DNA of 64,000 bases, from NCBI GenBank assembly GCA_002686255.1, contig NZAZ01000108.1, positions 3,336 through 67,335 of the forward strand. Reading direction: 5' to 3'. The DNA comes from Rhodospirillaceae bacterium. Lineage in GTDB: Bacteria; Pseudomonadota; Alphaproteobacteria; Rhodospirillales; Casp-alpha2. The notes under the pieces are model-generated. The model was not told the DNA's origin. It made no database searches and was given only the letters and a program-made list of their open reading frames with translations. Below, piece after piece: positions 1-9,457 of the stretch. The translations under genes were made by a program, and so were the position numbers. The first letter of the stretch is position 1. Every line of letters begins with the position of its first letter.

Positions 1-1095
1 CTGGAAGCCGAAATTCACCGAATGGTGGACCACGAGTTTAATATCGGCTCGCCGAAGCAGTTGGGCGAGGTGCTGTTCGACGAACTGGGCCTGCCCGGCG
101 GCAAGAAAGGCAAGACCGGGGCCTACGGCACCGGCGCCGAGGTGCTGGAAGCGCTGATCGACCACGGCCACGACCTGCCGGCCCGGGTCCTGGACTGGCG
201 CCAGTTGGCGAAGCTGAAAAGCACCTATTCGGACGCCCTGATGGAACAGATCAACCCGGCCACCGGGCGGGTCCATACGTCCTATTCCCAGGCCGGCGTT
301 TCCACCGGCCGGCTGGCGTCATCCGATCCGAACCTCCAGAACATCCCCATCCGCACCGAGGAAGGCCGCAAGATCCGCCGCGCCTTCGTCGCCGACAAGG
401 GGATGATGCTGCTGAGCGCCGATTACTCACAGATCGAACTGAGACTCCTTGCCCACGTCGCCGGCATCGATGCGCTTAAGGAAGCCTTCCACGACGGCCA
501 GGACATCCATGCCATGACCGCGGCCCAGGTCTTCGGCGTACCCATGGACGCCATGGACCCGATGGTCCGGCGCAAGGCGAAAGCCATCAACTTCGGCATC
601 ATCTACGGCATCTCGGCCTTCGGCCTGGCGCGGCAGTTGGGCATCGGCAATTCCGAAGCCGGCGAATACATCGACGCCTATTTCGAGAAATACCCCGGCA
701 TCCGCGATTACATGGACCGGACCAAGGAACAGGCCCGCGAAAAGGGCTTCGTCGAGACGCTGTTCGGGCGCAAGTGCCATATCCGCTCCATCAACGAGAA
801 AAACCCCAATGTGCGCGGCCTGGCGGAGCGCGCCGCCATCAACGCCCCGATTCAAGGGGGCGCGGCGGACATCATCAAGCGCGCCATGATCCGGATTCCG
901 GATGCCTTGGCGGAGGCCGGGCTCAAGGCCCGGATGCTGTTGCAGGTCCATGACGAACTGATCTTCGAGGTGCCGAATAAGGAGCTCGACGCGACGGCCG
1001 AACTGGTGAGCGGCGTGATGTCGGGAGCCGCGCGCCTGGACGTGCCGCTGGTCGTCGATACCGGTTTCGGCGACAACTGGGACGAGGCTCATTGA
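1..1095 (+). CDS. polA: DNA polymerase I, C-terminal polymerase domain (5' end lies outside the window)
   Basis: Frame 1 is open from base 1. Family-A polymerase motifs are present: SSDPNLQNIP, ADYSQIELRLLAH, QVHDELIFE. Confidence 0.95.
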   Translation: MEAEIHRMVDHEFNIGSPKQLGEVLFDELGLPGGKKGKTGAYGTGAEVLEALIDHGHDLPARVLDWRQLAKLKSTYSDALMEQINPATGRVHTSYSQAGVSTGRLASSDPNLQNIPIRTEEGRKIRRAFVADKGMMLLSADYSQIELRLLAHVAGIDALKEAFHDGQDIHAMTAAQVFGVPMDAMDPMVRRKAKAINFGIIYGISAFGLARQLGIGNSEAGEYIDAYFEKYPGIRDYMDRTKEQAREKGFVETLFGRKCHIRSINEKNPNVRGLAERAAINAPIQGGAADIIKRAMIRIPDALAEAGLKARMLLQVHDELIFEVPNKELDATAELVSGVMSGAARLDVPLVVDTGFGDNWDEAH

Positions 1096-1742
1096 GCCGG
1101 CTGCGGCCCTCGGGCCTTTTTCCGCCATGCCGCGGCCATTCGGTAGCCCAGCAGGACGGCGCAGATGCCGGCATAGATGATCGGTTCCAACTGCACCCCC
1201 TTGCGCATCATGTAAAAATGCAGACACGCCGCGATCCCGGCCACGTAGATGAGCTTGTGCAGTTTGGTCCAGCGTTTGGCCCCCAGGCGCTTGATCATGC
1301 CCTTGGTCGACGTCGCCGCCAGCGACGCCAGCAAAACGAAATTTACCATGCCGACGGTGATGTAGTTTCGCTTGACGATGTCCTTCCAGATTTCCGTCCA
1401 GTCGAAGAACTGATCGAGCACGATGTAGCTGGACACATGCATGCACGCGTAAAAAAACGCAAAAAGCCCGATCATTCGGCGAAAGCGCATCAAAGGGGTC
1501 CAGCCGGTGATCCCGCGCACGGGCGTAACCGCCAGCGCCAGCAGCAGAAACCGGATCGCCCAGTCGCCGAGGAAGCGGTTGATGTATTCGATGGGGTTGG
1601 CGCCCAGCGGCCCGGCCGGGCCGAGGCCGGACGAGATAGCGGTCCAGGCGACCCACGCCAGCGGTATCAGCGCCGAGGCGAAAACAAGCGGCTTGGCGAC
1701 ATACTTTATGGTCTGGGGGGGAATGGCGGTTTCACGGGTCAT
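1089..1742 (-). CDS. msrQ: Protein-methionine-sulfoxide reductase heme-binding membrane subunit MsrQ (YedZ family)
   Basis: 217-aa multi-TM ORF with ferric-reductase-like His-bearing helices (FFYACMHVSSY, CLHFYMM). It lies directly downstream of msrP on the same strand. Confidence 0.85.
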   Translation of the reverse strand: MTRETAIPPQTIKYVAKPLVFASALIPLAWVAWTAISSGLGPAGPLGANPIEYINRFLGDWAIRFLLLALAVTPVRGITGWTPLMRFRRMIGLFAFFYACMHVSSYIVLDQFFDWTEIWKDIVKRNYITVGMVNFVLLASLAATSTKGMIKRLGAKRWTKLHKLIYVAGIAACLHFYMMRKGVQLEPIIYAGICAVLLGYRMAAAWRKKARGPQPAQ

Positions 1743-1775
1743 CGGGGGCTTTTAGATAATCCGGCCGGGTTCGGG

Positions 1776-2747
1776 TCAGTAAAGTTTCCCGAGGTCCATG
1801 CCCGCGTACATGCCGGCGACTTCTTCTTCGTAGCCGTTGAACATCAGGGTCGGGCGCTTCAGGAAATCGCCGATGCGCCGTTCCTTGGCCTGGCTCCATC
1901 GCGGGTGGTTCACGCTTGGGTTGACGTTGGAATAAAAACCGTATTCGCGGGGCGACGCCACATTCCAGGACGTCGGCGGCATATCGGGCTGGAAAGTCAT
2001 CCGGACGATCGACTTGATGCCCTTGAATCCGTATTTCCAAGGCACCACAAGACGGAACGGCGCGCCGTTCTGGTTCGGCATCACCTCGCCGTAAAGACCC
2101 ACCGCCATGATGGTCAGCGGGTTCATGGCCTCGTCGATGCGAAGCCCTTCCTTGTAGGGCCATTTCAGGACCGGGCGTTTTTGTCCCCGCATCTGTTCGG
2201 GGTCCAGCAGCGTCTCGAAGGCAACGTACTTGGCGTCCGATTTAAGGCCGACGCGCTTGATGATGTCGCCGAGGGGAATGCCGACCCAGGGAATGACCAT
2301 CGACCACGCCTCGACGCAGCGCATCCGGTAGACGCGCTCTTCCAACTGGTGCGGCTTGAGGAAGTCCTCCAGGTCATAGACCCCTGGTTTCTCGACGGCG
2401 CCGTCGATGGTCAGGCTCCAGGGCCTGGTCTTGAAGTCCTGGGAATATTCCGCCGGATCGGTCTTGGCGGCGCCGAATTCATAGAAGTTATTGTACTCGG
2501 TGATCGGGCCGTAATCGGTCAGCTCCTCGCCCAGGGCTTCCTGGGTCCACTTGCTTTTCTGAACGCCGGAAAATTTGACCCTGGGGTTCCCCTTGGCGGC
2601 GAAAACCGGCGCCGCGATGGTCCCGAACGCCGCCCCGGCGCCGGCCACGGCCGCCGTCTTCAGGAAACGCCGGCGGTTCATGTAGAGCGTCTTGGACGTG
2701 ATCTCGGACGGTTTGACGTCGGAAGCCTTGGAAAATTTAACAAGCAT
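1776..2747 (-). CDS. msrP: Protein-methionine-sulfoxide reductase catalytic Mo-pterin subunit MsrP (YedY family)
   Basis: 323 aa. Twin-arginine signal [19 protein letters not shown]. Sulfite-oxidase-family core ([19 protein letters not shown]). 33 bp upstream of msrQ. Confidence 0.9.
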   Translation of the reverse strand: MLVKFSKASDVKPSEITSKTLYMNRRRFLKTAAVAGAGAAFGTIAAPVFAAKGNPRVKFSGVQKSKWTQEALGEELTDYGPITEYNNFYEFGAAKTDPAEYSQDFKTRPWSLTIDGAVEKPGVYDLEDFLKPHQLEERVYRMRCVEAWSMVIPWVGIPLGDIIKRVGLKSDAKYVAFETLLDPEQMRGQKRPVLKWPYKEGLRIDEAMNPLTIMAVGLYGEVMPNQNGAPFRLVVPWKYGFKGIKSIVRMTFQPDMPPTSWNVASPREYGFYSNVNPSVNHPRWSQAKERRIGDFLKRPTLMFNGYEEEVAGMYAGMDLGKLY

Positions 2748-3002
2748 GACGGTGTTTATACGCTCCGGTTTTCAATATCGGGCAGGCGGGCAGGCGAAAG
2801 TTCCCATAAGATGTGTGACCTCGCCGGGCGATTACAAGACCCCGTTTGCATACCCCGCCAGACCGGAGCCTGTCACTTGAACCTGGATCACATTTCAGAG
2901 AGCCAATATTCAAAAATACCTTATTTCTTGAGGCTTTTTAGGGGTTTCGCTGTTTCCGGGGCCGGCAATCGGATATAGGTAATTCGTTATAGGGTATCGT
3001 TA

Positions 3003-3671
3003 ATGAGAGTTCTTTATCACCTCTGGTTATCCCCCGATTGCCGAAAGGTAAGGGTCGCGCTTCTGGAAAAGGGGCTCGATTTCGAACTCCGGGCCGAAAA
3101 TATCTGGGAGCGGCGCGACGACTTCCTGGCACTCAACCCCGCGGGCGACGTTCCGGTCCTGGTCGAATCGGACGGCTCGGCCCTTTCCGGGAGCAACGCC
3201 ATCTGCGAGTTCCTGGACGAAGTCCACCCGGATCCGCCCCTGATCGGCCGCCAGGCCCTTGGGCGGGCCGAGGTGCGCCGCCTGGTCCATTGGTTCGACG
3301 GTAAATTCGACCGCGAAGTGACGGAAAACCTGGTCGGAGAAAAAATGATGAAGCGGCTGTTGGGCCAGGGCGCCCCGAATTCAAAGGCCGTCCGCGCCGG
3401 GCACGCCAACATTCATCATCATCTGGATTACATCGGGTATCTGAACGAACGCCGGACGTGGCTGGCCGGCGATACGTTTTCGCTGGCCGATATTACGGCG
3501 GCGGCGCATTTGTCGACCATCGATTACCTGGGCGACGTGCCTTGGAAGGAACACGAGGAGGCCAAGGACTGGTACGCCAGGGTCAAGTCCCGGCCGAGCT
3601 TCCGGGCCTTGTTGGAAGACAACGTCCCCGGCGCGCCGCCGCAACGGCACTACGCCAACCTGGATTTCTGA
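3003..3671 (+). CDS. Glutathione S-transferase family protein
   Basis: 222 aa. Thioredoxin-like N-domain (LWLSPDCRKVRVALLEKGL, AGDVPVLV) followed by a helical GST C-domain. Confidence 0.8.
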   Translation: MRVLYHLWLSPDCRKVRVALLEKGLDFELRAENIWERRDDFLALNPAGDVPVLVESDGSALSGSNAICEFLDEVHPDPPLIGRQALGRAEVRRLVHWFDGKFDREVTENLVGEKMMKRLLGQGAPNSKAVRAGHANIHHHLDYIGYLNERRTWLAGDTFSLADITAAAHLSTIDYLGDVPWKEHEEAKDWYARVKSRPSFRALLEDNVPGAPPQRHYANLDF

Positions 3672-3733
3672 TGATGTCCGAACGCCTTTTCGCCACCCGC
3701 CCTTCGCGGCCGGGGGACGTTTTCTCTATCGGG

Positions 3734-5440
3734 CTAGTCCGGTTTGACGTCCATTTTTTCGAGATTCCGCCTGGCCGCGGCGGCGGCCCGGCTTTTTGGC
3801 GCCAGGCGAAGAACGCGAAGCCAGTCCTGCCGGGCGCCGTCGTTGTCTTGGCGAAGACGTCTAAGAATCCCCCGCTCCAAAAGCCCCTCGGCATGAGTGG
3901 GGGCCAGGGCCAGCGCACGCTCCACGTCGGCAAGGGCGGGTTCCAGCTTATCGAGAAACCGGTATGTGGCGGCGCGGAAGACATAGGCGTCGGCGCGGCG
4001 GTCTTCGTGGGCGATGGCATGGTTCAGGTCTTCGAGGGCGCCCTTAAAATCCTTCAACTCCGCCCGCGCCTGGGCGCGGTCGACAAAAAGGGCGCTGTCT
4101 TCGGGAATCAGCTTCAAGGCCGCCGTCAGCACCGCCTCGGCCCGGGCGGCCTGTCCCGCCAGAAGCCAGGCCTGGGCCGCGTGGGCCAGGAGCCCGGCCT
4201 TGACCGACGGATTTTGCTTCGCCTTGCCGGCAAGCGTTTCCATTCGTCCCGCCGCGTCGGCGTATTGCCCAAGACCGATCAACGCCACCGCGATGCAATG
4301 CTGGGCGGCGTCGCCGCCGCCCAGGTCGCGCCAGTTGAGGGCCGTTTCGAAGGCTTCCTCGGGCGACTTTTTGGCCAGCGCCATGCACGCTTTGTACTGA
4401 TGGGCGTGGTCGATTTCCTTGGCTTCGGCGGGACTCCAGGGGAGAAAAAGCGAAACAATAAACGCCGCAAGAAAAGCCAGAACCTCGACGTTCTTGAGGT
4501 TCTTCGGGCGGTTGCCGGAAAGCACATCCCGGACGCCGTCGAAGGTATCGCGCTCGCCCCGCTCGAAGGCTTCCTTCGTGTACCAGGCCAGATGCGGGGT
4601 CAGGATCACATTGTCCCGGCCGAGCAGCGGATAACCGGGCGCCAGGGGTTCGTCGGCGAAAACGTCGAAGGCGGCGCCGGCGATCCCGTTTTCGTCGAGG
4701 ACCCGGATCAACGCCCCTTCGTCGATGATGGCGCCGCGGGAAACGTCGATCAGAAACGCCGTTTCCTTCATCCGCTTCAATTCCGCCTCGCCGATCAGAC
4801 CCGTGGTTTCCGGAGTCAGCACGCAGTGGATGGAAACGAAATCGGACCGTTCCAGCAATTCGTCCAATCCGCAGGATTGAACTCCATACTCGGCGAAGGT
4901 CGTGGAGCCCACGTAAGGATCGATGGCGAGCCGGGTCATCGAAAACCCTTCGCCGCGGCGCGCCATGCACCGGCCGATGCGGCCGAAACCGACAAGACCA
5001 ATAGTCTTGCCCGAAAGGTCGACGCCCAGGTATTCCGGCGCCGGCCAGGCCCAGGCGTTTTCCCGCATCACCCGGTCGAGAACCGGAATTCGCCGGGCCA
5101 GGGCGATCAACAGGGCAAAGGCGTGGTCGGCCACGGTGTCCGATCCGTAATCGGGACAGTTGACCACCATCACGCCCCGCCTGCTTGCCGCTTCGATGTC
5201 GATGGCATCGGTGCCGACGCCGTATTTGACGATGCCTTTCAGGTTTTTCGCCGCCTCGATTACTTTTTCGGTAACACCGGTGTAGCACGTGAGGATGATA
5301 TTGGCGTCGGCGGCTTCAAGGGCCAAGGCATCCTCGTCGGTGCTTTGCGTCGTCACCACGTCGGCGACGGCCTCCAACTCATCCAGGTATTGCTCGATGA
5401 TGAAAAGTTCAGCGTCGGTGCGGAGAATCTTGGCTTTCAA
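3734..5440 (-). CDS. D-isomer-specific 2-hydroxyacid dehydrogenase fused through a hydrophobic segment to a TPR-like domain
   Basis: 568-aa ORF. The first ~310 aa carry the NAD Rossmann motif GLVGFGRIGR and the VSRGAIIDE...LTPHLAW catalytic region. Then comes VLAFLAAFIVSLFLPWSPAEA and ~230 aa of Ala/Leu-rich TPR-like repeats. No stop or ATG/GTG/TTG lies at the junction. Confidence 0.7.
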   Translation of the reverse strand: MKAKILRTDAELFIIEQYLDELEAVADVVTTQSTDEDALALEAADANIILTCYTGVTEKVIEAAKNLKGIVKYGVGTDAIDIEAASRRGVMVVNCPDYGSDTVADHAFALLIALARRIPVLDRVMRENAWAWPAPEYLGVDLSGKTIGLVGFGRIGRCMARRGEGFSMTRLAIDPYVGSTTFAEYGVQSCGLDELLERSDFVSIHCVLTPETTGLIGEAELKRMKETAFLIDVSRGAIIDEGALIRVLDENGIAGAAFDVFADEPLAPGYPLLGRDNVILTPHLAWYTKEAFERGERDTFDGVRDVLSGNRPKNLKNVEVLAFLAAFIVSLFLPWSPAEAKEIDHAHQYKACMALAKKSPEEAFETALNWRDLGGGDAAQHCIAVALIGLGQYADAAGRMETLAGKAKQNPSVKAGLLAHAAQAWLLAGQAARAEAVLTAALKLIPEDSALFVDRAQARAELKDFKGALEDLNHAIAHEDRRADAYVFRAATYRFLDKLEPALADVERALALAPTHAEGLLERGILRRLRQDNDGARQDWLRVLRLAPKSRAAAAARRNLEKMDVKPD

Positions 5441-5559
5441 GCTTGGTCCCCCAGGCGATCAGAAGGCGGCTCGGATGGGTTGTCTCTTGCCCCGCCATCT
5501 ATAACGCATTTTTATCAAGGAATCGAAAGGGCGGCCTGGAAGGGCCCATAGGGGAATCC

Positions 5560-6450
5560 ATGACGGCACCCGTCTCAAAACCACGGCTGTTCTGTTTCGG
5601 GCTCGGCTATAGCGCCGGGCGGCTGGCGCGGCTGCTGTTGGCCCGGGGCTGGGCCGTCGCCGGCACGTGCCAGTCGCCGGACCGGCAGGCGGAACTGGCG
5701 GACTGGGGAATCAAAGCGTTGGTTTTCGACCCCGAAAGGCCCCTGGCCGACGCCCCGTCGGCCCTATCCGGGGTCACCCATTTGCTCAGTTCGGTTCCGC
5801 CCGATGAAAACGGCGACCCGGTGCTGGCCCGTCACGGAAGCGACATCGAGGCCATGAAGGGGGTGTCCTGGGTGGGGTACCTTTCTTCGACCGGCGTCTA
5901 TGGCGATACGGGCGGCAATACGGTAACCGAGGACTCGGCCGTCAATCCTTCCTCGGACCGCGGCCGCCGCCGGGCCGAGGCCGAGGCCGCCTGGCTGGCC
6001 CTGGAGAACGATCAGGGGCTGCCGGTCCACGTCTTCCGGCTTGCCGGAATCTACGGCCCCGGACGCAGCGCCCTGGATCAGGTCCGGGCCGGCCGGGGCA
6101 AACGGATCGACAAGCCGGGGCATATGTTTTCACGCATTCACATCGACGATATCGCCCAGGTCCTCAGGGCATCGATGGACCGGCCCGATCCCGGCGCCGT
6201 CTATAACGTCTGCGACGACGAACCGGCCGCCGCCGCGGACGTGACCGCCTTTGCCTGCGAGCTTCTGGGCCTGGAGCCGCCGCCTCTCCAGCCCTTCGCC
6301 GAGGCGGAAAAGGAAATGTCGGAAATGGCGTTGTCGTTCTGGCGCGACAATCGCCTGGTCGACAACCGGCGCATCAAGGAAGAGCTCGGCGTGTCGTTGC
6401 TCCATCCCGATTACCGGGCTGGGCTTAGGGCGATCTTCGAAGAGGGCTAG
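5560..6450 (+). CDS. NAD(P)-dependent oxidoreductase, SDR / epimerase-dehydratase-like
   Basis: Start moved from 5443 to ATG 5560, which has AGGGGAA just upstream. N-terminal Rossmann segment FCFGLGYSAGRLARLL. 296 aa. Confidence 0.75.
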   Translation: MTAPVSKPRLFCFGLGYSAGRLARLLLARGWAVAGTCQSPDRQAELADWGIKALVFDPERPLADAPSALSGVTHLLSSVPPDENGDPVLARHGSDIEAMKGVSWVGYLSSTGVYGDTGGNTVTEDSAVNPSSDRGRRRAEAEAAWLALENDQGLPVHVFRLAGIYGPGRSALDQVRAGRGKRIDKPGHMFSRIHIDDIAQVLRASMDRPDPGAVYNVCDDEPAAAADVTAFACELLGLEPPPLQPFAEAEKEMSEMALSFWRDNRLVDNRRIKEELGVSLLHPDYRAGLRAIFEEG

Positions 6451-6459
6451 AGGTTGGAC

Positions 6460-7206
6460 CTACAACTTATCCAGCAGCCGCCCGACGGTCCGGCAAAGCC
6501 GGTTCAGGTCATGGGCTTCGGAAAGCCGGTGGTCGCCGTTCTTGACGAACAGCGTTTCCACGTCTTGGGAACGGAGCCTTTCGGCGATCTTCAAGCTCGT
6601 CTGCCAGGGCACGTCCTCGTCGTTGGTCCCGTGGATCAGCCTGACCGGGCAATCGAGCGGGATTTCGTCCCTGAGTACAAGATGGTTGCGTCCTTCGTCG
6701 AGAAGCGCCTTGGTGATCTTGTAAGGCCCGTCGTCGTAACAGTTGGGGATGATGGCAAAGCCTTGCGCTTGCAACTGTTCCTTTTGTTCGGCCGAAAGGT
6801 CGCCGGGGATCATATCCTCGGTGAAATCCGGCGCCGCGGCGGTACCGACAAGCCCCGCCACCCTCTCGGGCCGGGCCAGGGCCGTAAGCAGCATGATCCA
6901 TCCTCCCATGGACGATCCGACCAAAACCTGCGGTCCTTCAGTCAGCTCGTCCAGGGCCGCCACCGCGTCCCCTGCCCACTGCCCGATGGTGCCGTCCTCG
7001 AAGGCGCCCGAGGATTCGCCGTGGCCGGAATAATCGAACCTGAGGTAAGCTTGGCCGCGTTTTTTGCAGAGTTCTTCAAGCGCCAGCGCCTTGCCGCCAG
7101 TCATGTCGGACTTGAACCCGGTCATGAAGATGACGCCGGGGGATTTCCCCGGGGTATGGTGGTAGGCAATGGTTGTTCCGTCGTCCCGTGTTAGTATCTC
7201 AGGCAT
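6460..7206 (-). CDS. Alpha/beta hydrolase
   Basis: Start moved to ATG 7206 (MPEILTRDDG...). The upstream part of the 388-aa track ORF is Gly/Arg-rich and non-protein-like. Nucleophile elbow GSSMGG, HGTNDEDVP acid region, GDH His. Confidence 0.8.
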   Translation of the reverse strand: MPEILTRDDGTTIAYHHTPGKSPGVIFMTGFKSDMTGGKALALEELCKKRGQAYLRFDYSGHGESSGAFEDGTIGQWAGDAVAALDELTEGPQVLVGSSMGGWIMLLTALARPERVAGLVGTAAAPDFTEDMIPGDLSAEQKEQLQAQGFAIIPNCYDDGPYKITKALLDEGRNHLVLRDEIPLDCPVRLIHGTNDEDVPWQTSLKIAERLRSQDVETLFVKNGDHRLSEAHDLNRLCRTVGRLLDKL

Positions 7207-7221
7207 GGTAGGTTCCGGCAG

Positions 7222-8427
7222 ATGAACGAAGGCCCCAACAATACCACCATCCCGGCCCCTGAACAGTCCGCCGCCGGTATCGGCTCGGCGACGATCCTCC
7301 AGGTTCTCCCGGCCATGGGCCAAGGCGGCGGGGTTGAGCGCGGCACCGTCGAAATCGCCCAGGCCATCGCCGCCGAAGGAGGCCGGGCGCTCGTGGTTTC
7401 GTCCGGCGGTGCCCGAGAGCATGAGATCAAACGGGTTAGGGGCGAACACCTGAACTTGCCCGTGCATTCCAAAAACCCGTTGACCATATACGCCAACATC
7501 AACCGTTTGGCCCGGATCATCGAAACCGAGGCCGTCGACATCGTCCATGCCCGGTCCCGGGCCCCGGCCTGGAGCGCCTTTTACGCCGCCAAGCGCACGG
7601 GCATACCCTACATGACCACCTTTCACGGCACCTATTCGGCGGGCAACCCGCTCAAGCGTAAATACAATTCAATCATGACCCGGGGCGAACGGGTGATCGC
7701 CATCTCGCGTTTCATCGGCGGCCATGTCCATCAGAACTATGGCGTTCCCCCGAATAAGATCCGCATCATCCACCGGGGCGTGAACCTGGAACGATTCGAT
7801 CCCGCCAAGGTCACCGCCGAAAGAATCGCCGCCCTGGCCGCCAACTGGCGGCTGGATGACGAGTTGCCGGTGATCATGCTGCCGGGGCGCCTGACGCGCT
7901 GGAAAGGGCAGGCGATGTTTATCGAGGCCATCGGCAAACTGGCACGCCGCGATATCCGTTGCCTGGTGGTCGGCGGCGACCAGGGGCGGGCGAAATACCG
8001 CCAGGAACTGGAAAACCTGGTCCACAAGAACGGATTGGGGGAAATCGTCCGCCTTGTCGATCATTGCGACGATATGCCGGCCGCCTTCATGCTGACCGAT
8101 GTTGTGGTGTCCGCTTCCACCGATCCGGAGGCTTTCGGCCGCATCGTCGTCGAGGCCCAGGCTCTGGGCCGTCCCGTTGTCGCCAGCGACCACGGCGGCG
8201 CCCGGGAGACGATTGTCGAGGGCGAAACCGGATGGCTGTTTCCGCCGGGCGACATCGAGGCCCTGACGTCGGTGCTCAACAAAGCCCTGAGCCTGGACCG
8301 GGAAACCCGTATCCAGTTGGCCCAGAAAGCAATCATCAACGTGCGCGAAAATTTCTCGCAGCAGGCCATGTGCCGCAAGACGTTGGATGTCTACGAAGAA
8401 ATCCTGAAATCGAAGGCCGGCGGATAA
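7222..8427 (+). CDS. Glycosyltransferase family 4 (GT-B, group 1)
   Basis: 401 aa. C-terminal EAFGRIVVEAQALGRPVV (E-x7-E) sugar-donor motif. Confidence 0.85.
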   Translation: MNEGPNNTTIPAPEQSAAGIGSATILQVLPAMGQGGGVERGTVEIAQAIAAEGGRALVVSSGGAREHEIKRVRGEHLNLPVHSKNPLTIYANINRLARIIETEAVDIVHARSRAPAWSAFYAAKRTGIPYMTTFHGTYSAGNPLKRKYNSIMTRGERVIAISRFIGGHVHQNYGVPPNKIRIIHRGVNLERFDPAKVTAERIAALAANWRLDDELPVIMLPGRLTRWKGQAMFIEAIGKLARRDIRCLVVGGDQGRAKYRQELENLVHKNGLGEIVRLVDHCDDMPAAFMLTDVVVSASTDPEAFGRIVVEAQALGRPVVASDHGGARETIVEGETGWLFPPGDIEALTSVLNKALSLDRETRIQLAQKAIINVRENFSQQAMCRKTLDVYEEILKSKAGG

Positions 8428-9360
8428 ATGGCCCTGCCGCCCCATGACGCCGTTCTGGTCATAAAATTAGGGGCGCTCGGCGATTTCGTTCAGGCCCTGG
8501 GGCCTTTCGCCGCCATCCGCCGCCATCACGCCGATGCCAGGGTGACGCTGCTGACGACGGCGCCTTATGAGGAATTGGCCAAGGCATCGGGGTTTTTCGA
8601 CGACATCTGGACCGGCGGCCGGCCGGCGACGGCGGACATCGGCGGCTGGCTGGAACTGCGCCGCCGCCTTCGCGGCGGGGGGTTCGGGCGGGTCTATGAT
8701 CTGCAGACCTCGGACCGAAGCTCTTTTTATTACCGCCTTTTCTGGCCCGGCCCGGCGCCGGAATGGTCGGGCACCGCCAGGGGCTGTTCGCACCCCCACG
8801 CCAATCCCGACCGGGATTTCATGCATACGATGGACCGCCAGGCCGAACAACTGTCGATGGCGGGCATAGCCGAAGTGCCGGTGCCCGACCCCTCGTGGGC
8901 CGAGGCCGATATTTCGCGTTTTTCCCTTTCCGGACGGTTCGCCCTGCTGGCGCCCGGCGGCGCCTTGCACCGGCCAGGCAAACGCTGGCCGGCGGGAAAC
9001 TTCGGGCAATTGGCCAAGACCTTGATGGACCAAGGCCTGCTTCCGGTGCTTGTGGGCTCGGCCTCCGAGGCCCCGTTAATGGCGGAAATCAAGGCCCAGT
9101 GCGAAGAAGCCCGGGACTTGTCCGGGCAAACGGGCCTGCTTGACCTGGTGGCGCTGGGACGCGGCGCCGTGGCGTCCGTCGGCAACGATACCGGACCGAT
9201 GCACCTGTTTTCGGCCACCGGATGCAGGACGGTAGTGCTGTTTTCCCATGATTCCGACCCCGCGCTTTGCGGTCAGCGCGGGGCGGCGGTGACGATCATC
9301 CGGCGTCAGCCTCTCGATGCTATTTCCGTCGCCGAAGTCGTGGACGGCATGGGCCTATGA
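8428..9360 (+). CDS. Glycosyltransferase family 9 (LPS heptosyltransferase-like)
   Basis: 310 aa, beginning immediately after the GT4 stop. KLGALGDFV and GNDTGPMHL motifs. Confidence 0.8.
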   Translation: MALPPHDAVLVIKLGALGDFVQALGPFAAIRRHHADARVTLLTTAPYEELAKASGFFDDIWTGGRPATADIGGWLELRRRLRGGGFGRVYDLQTSDRSSFYYRLFWPGPAPEWSGTARGCSHPHANPDRDFMHTMDRQAEQLSMAGIAEVPVPDPSWAEADISRFSLSGRFALLAPGGALHRPGKRWPAGNFGQLAKTLMDQGLLPVLVGSASEAPLMAEIKAQCEEARDLSGQTGLLDLVALGRGAVASVGNDTGPMHLFSATGCRTVVLFSHDSDPALCGQRGAAVTIIRRQPLDAISVAEVVDGMGL

Positions 9361-9457
9361 TGCCGCCGGTGAAGACATGGCGTCGATTCCTTGACAGAGG
9401 ACCCAATCGCCCGCATTTTCGGCCCCGGTTTCTGATGCCCTTGAACGCGTGATTCGA

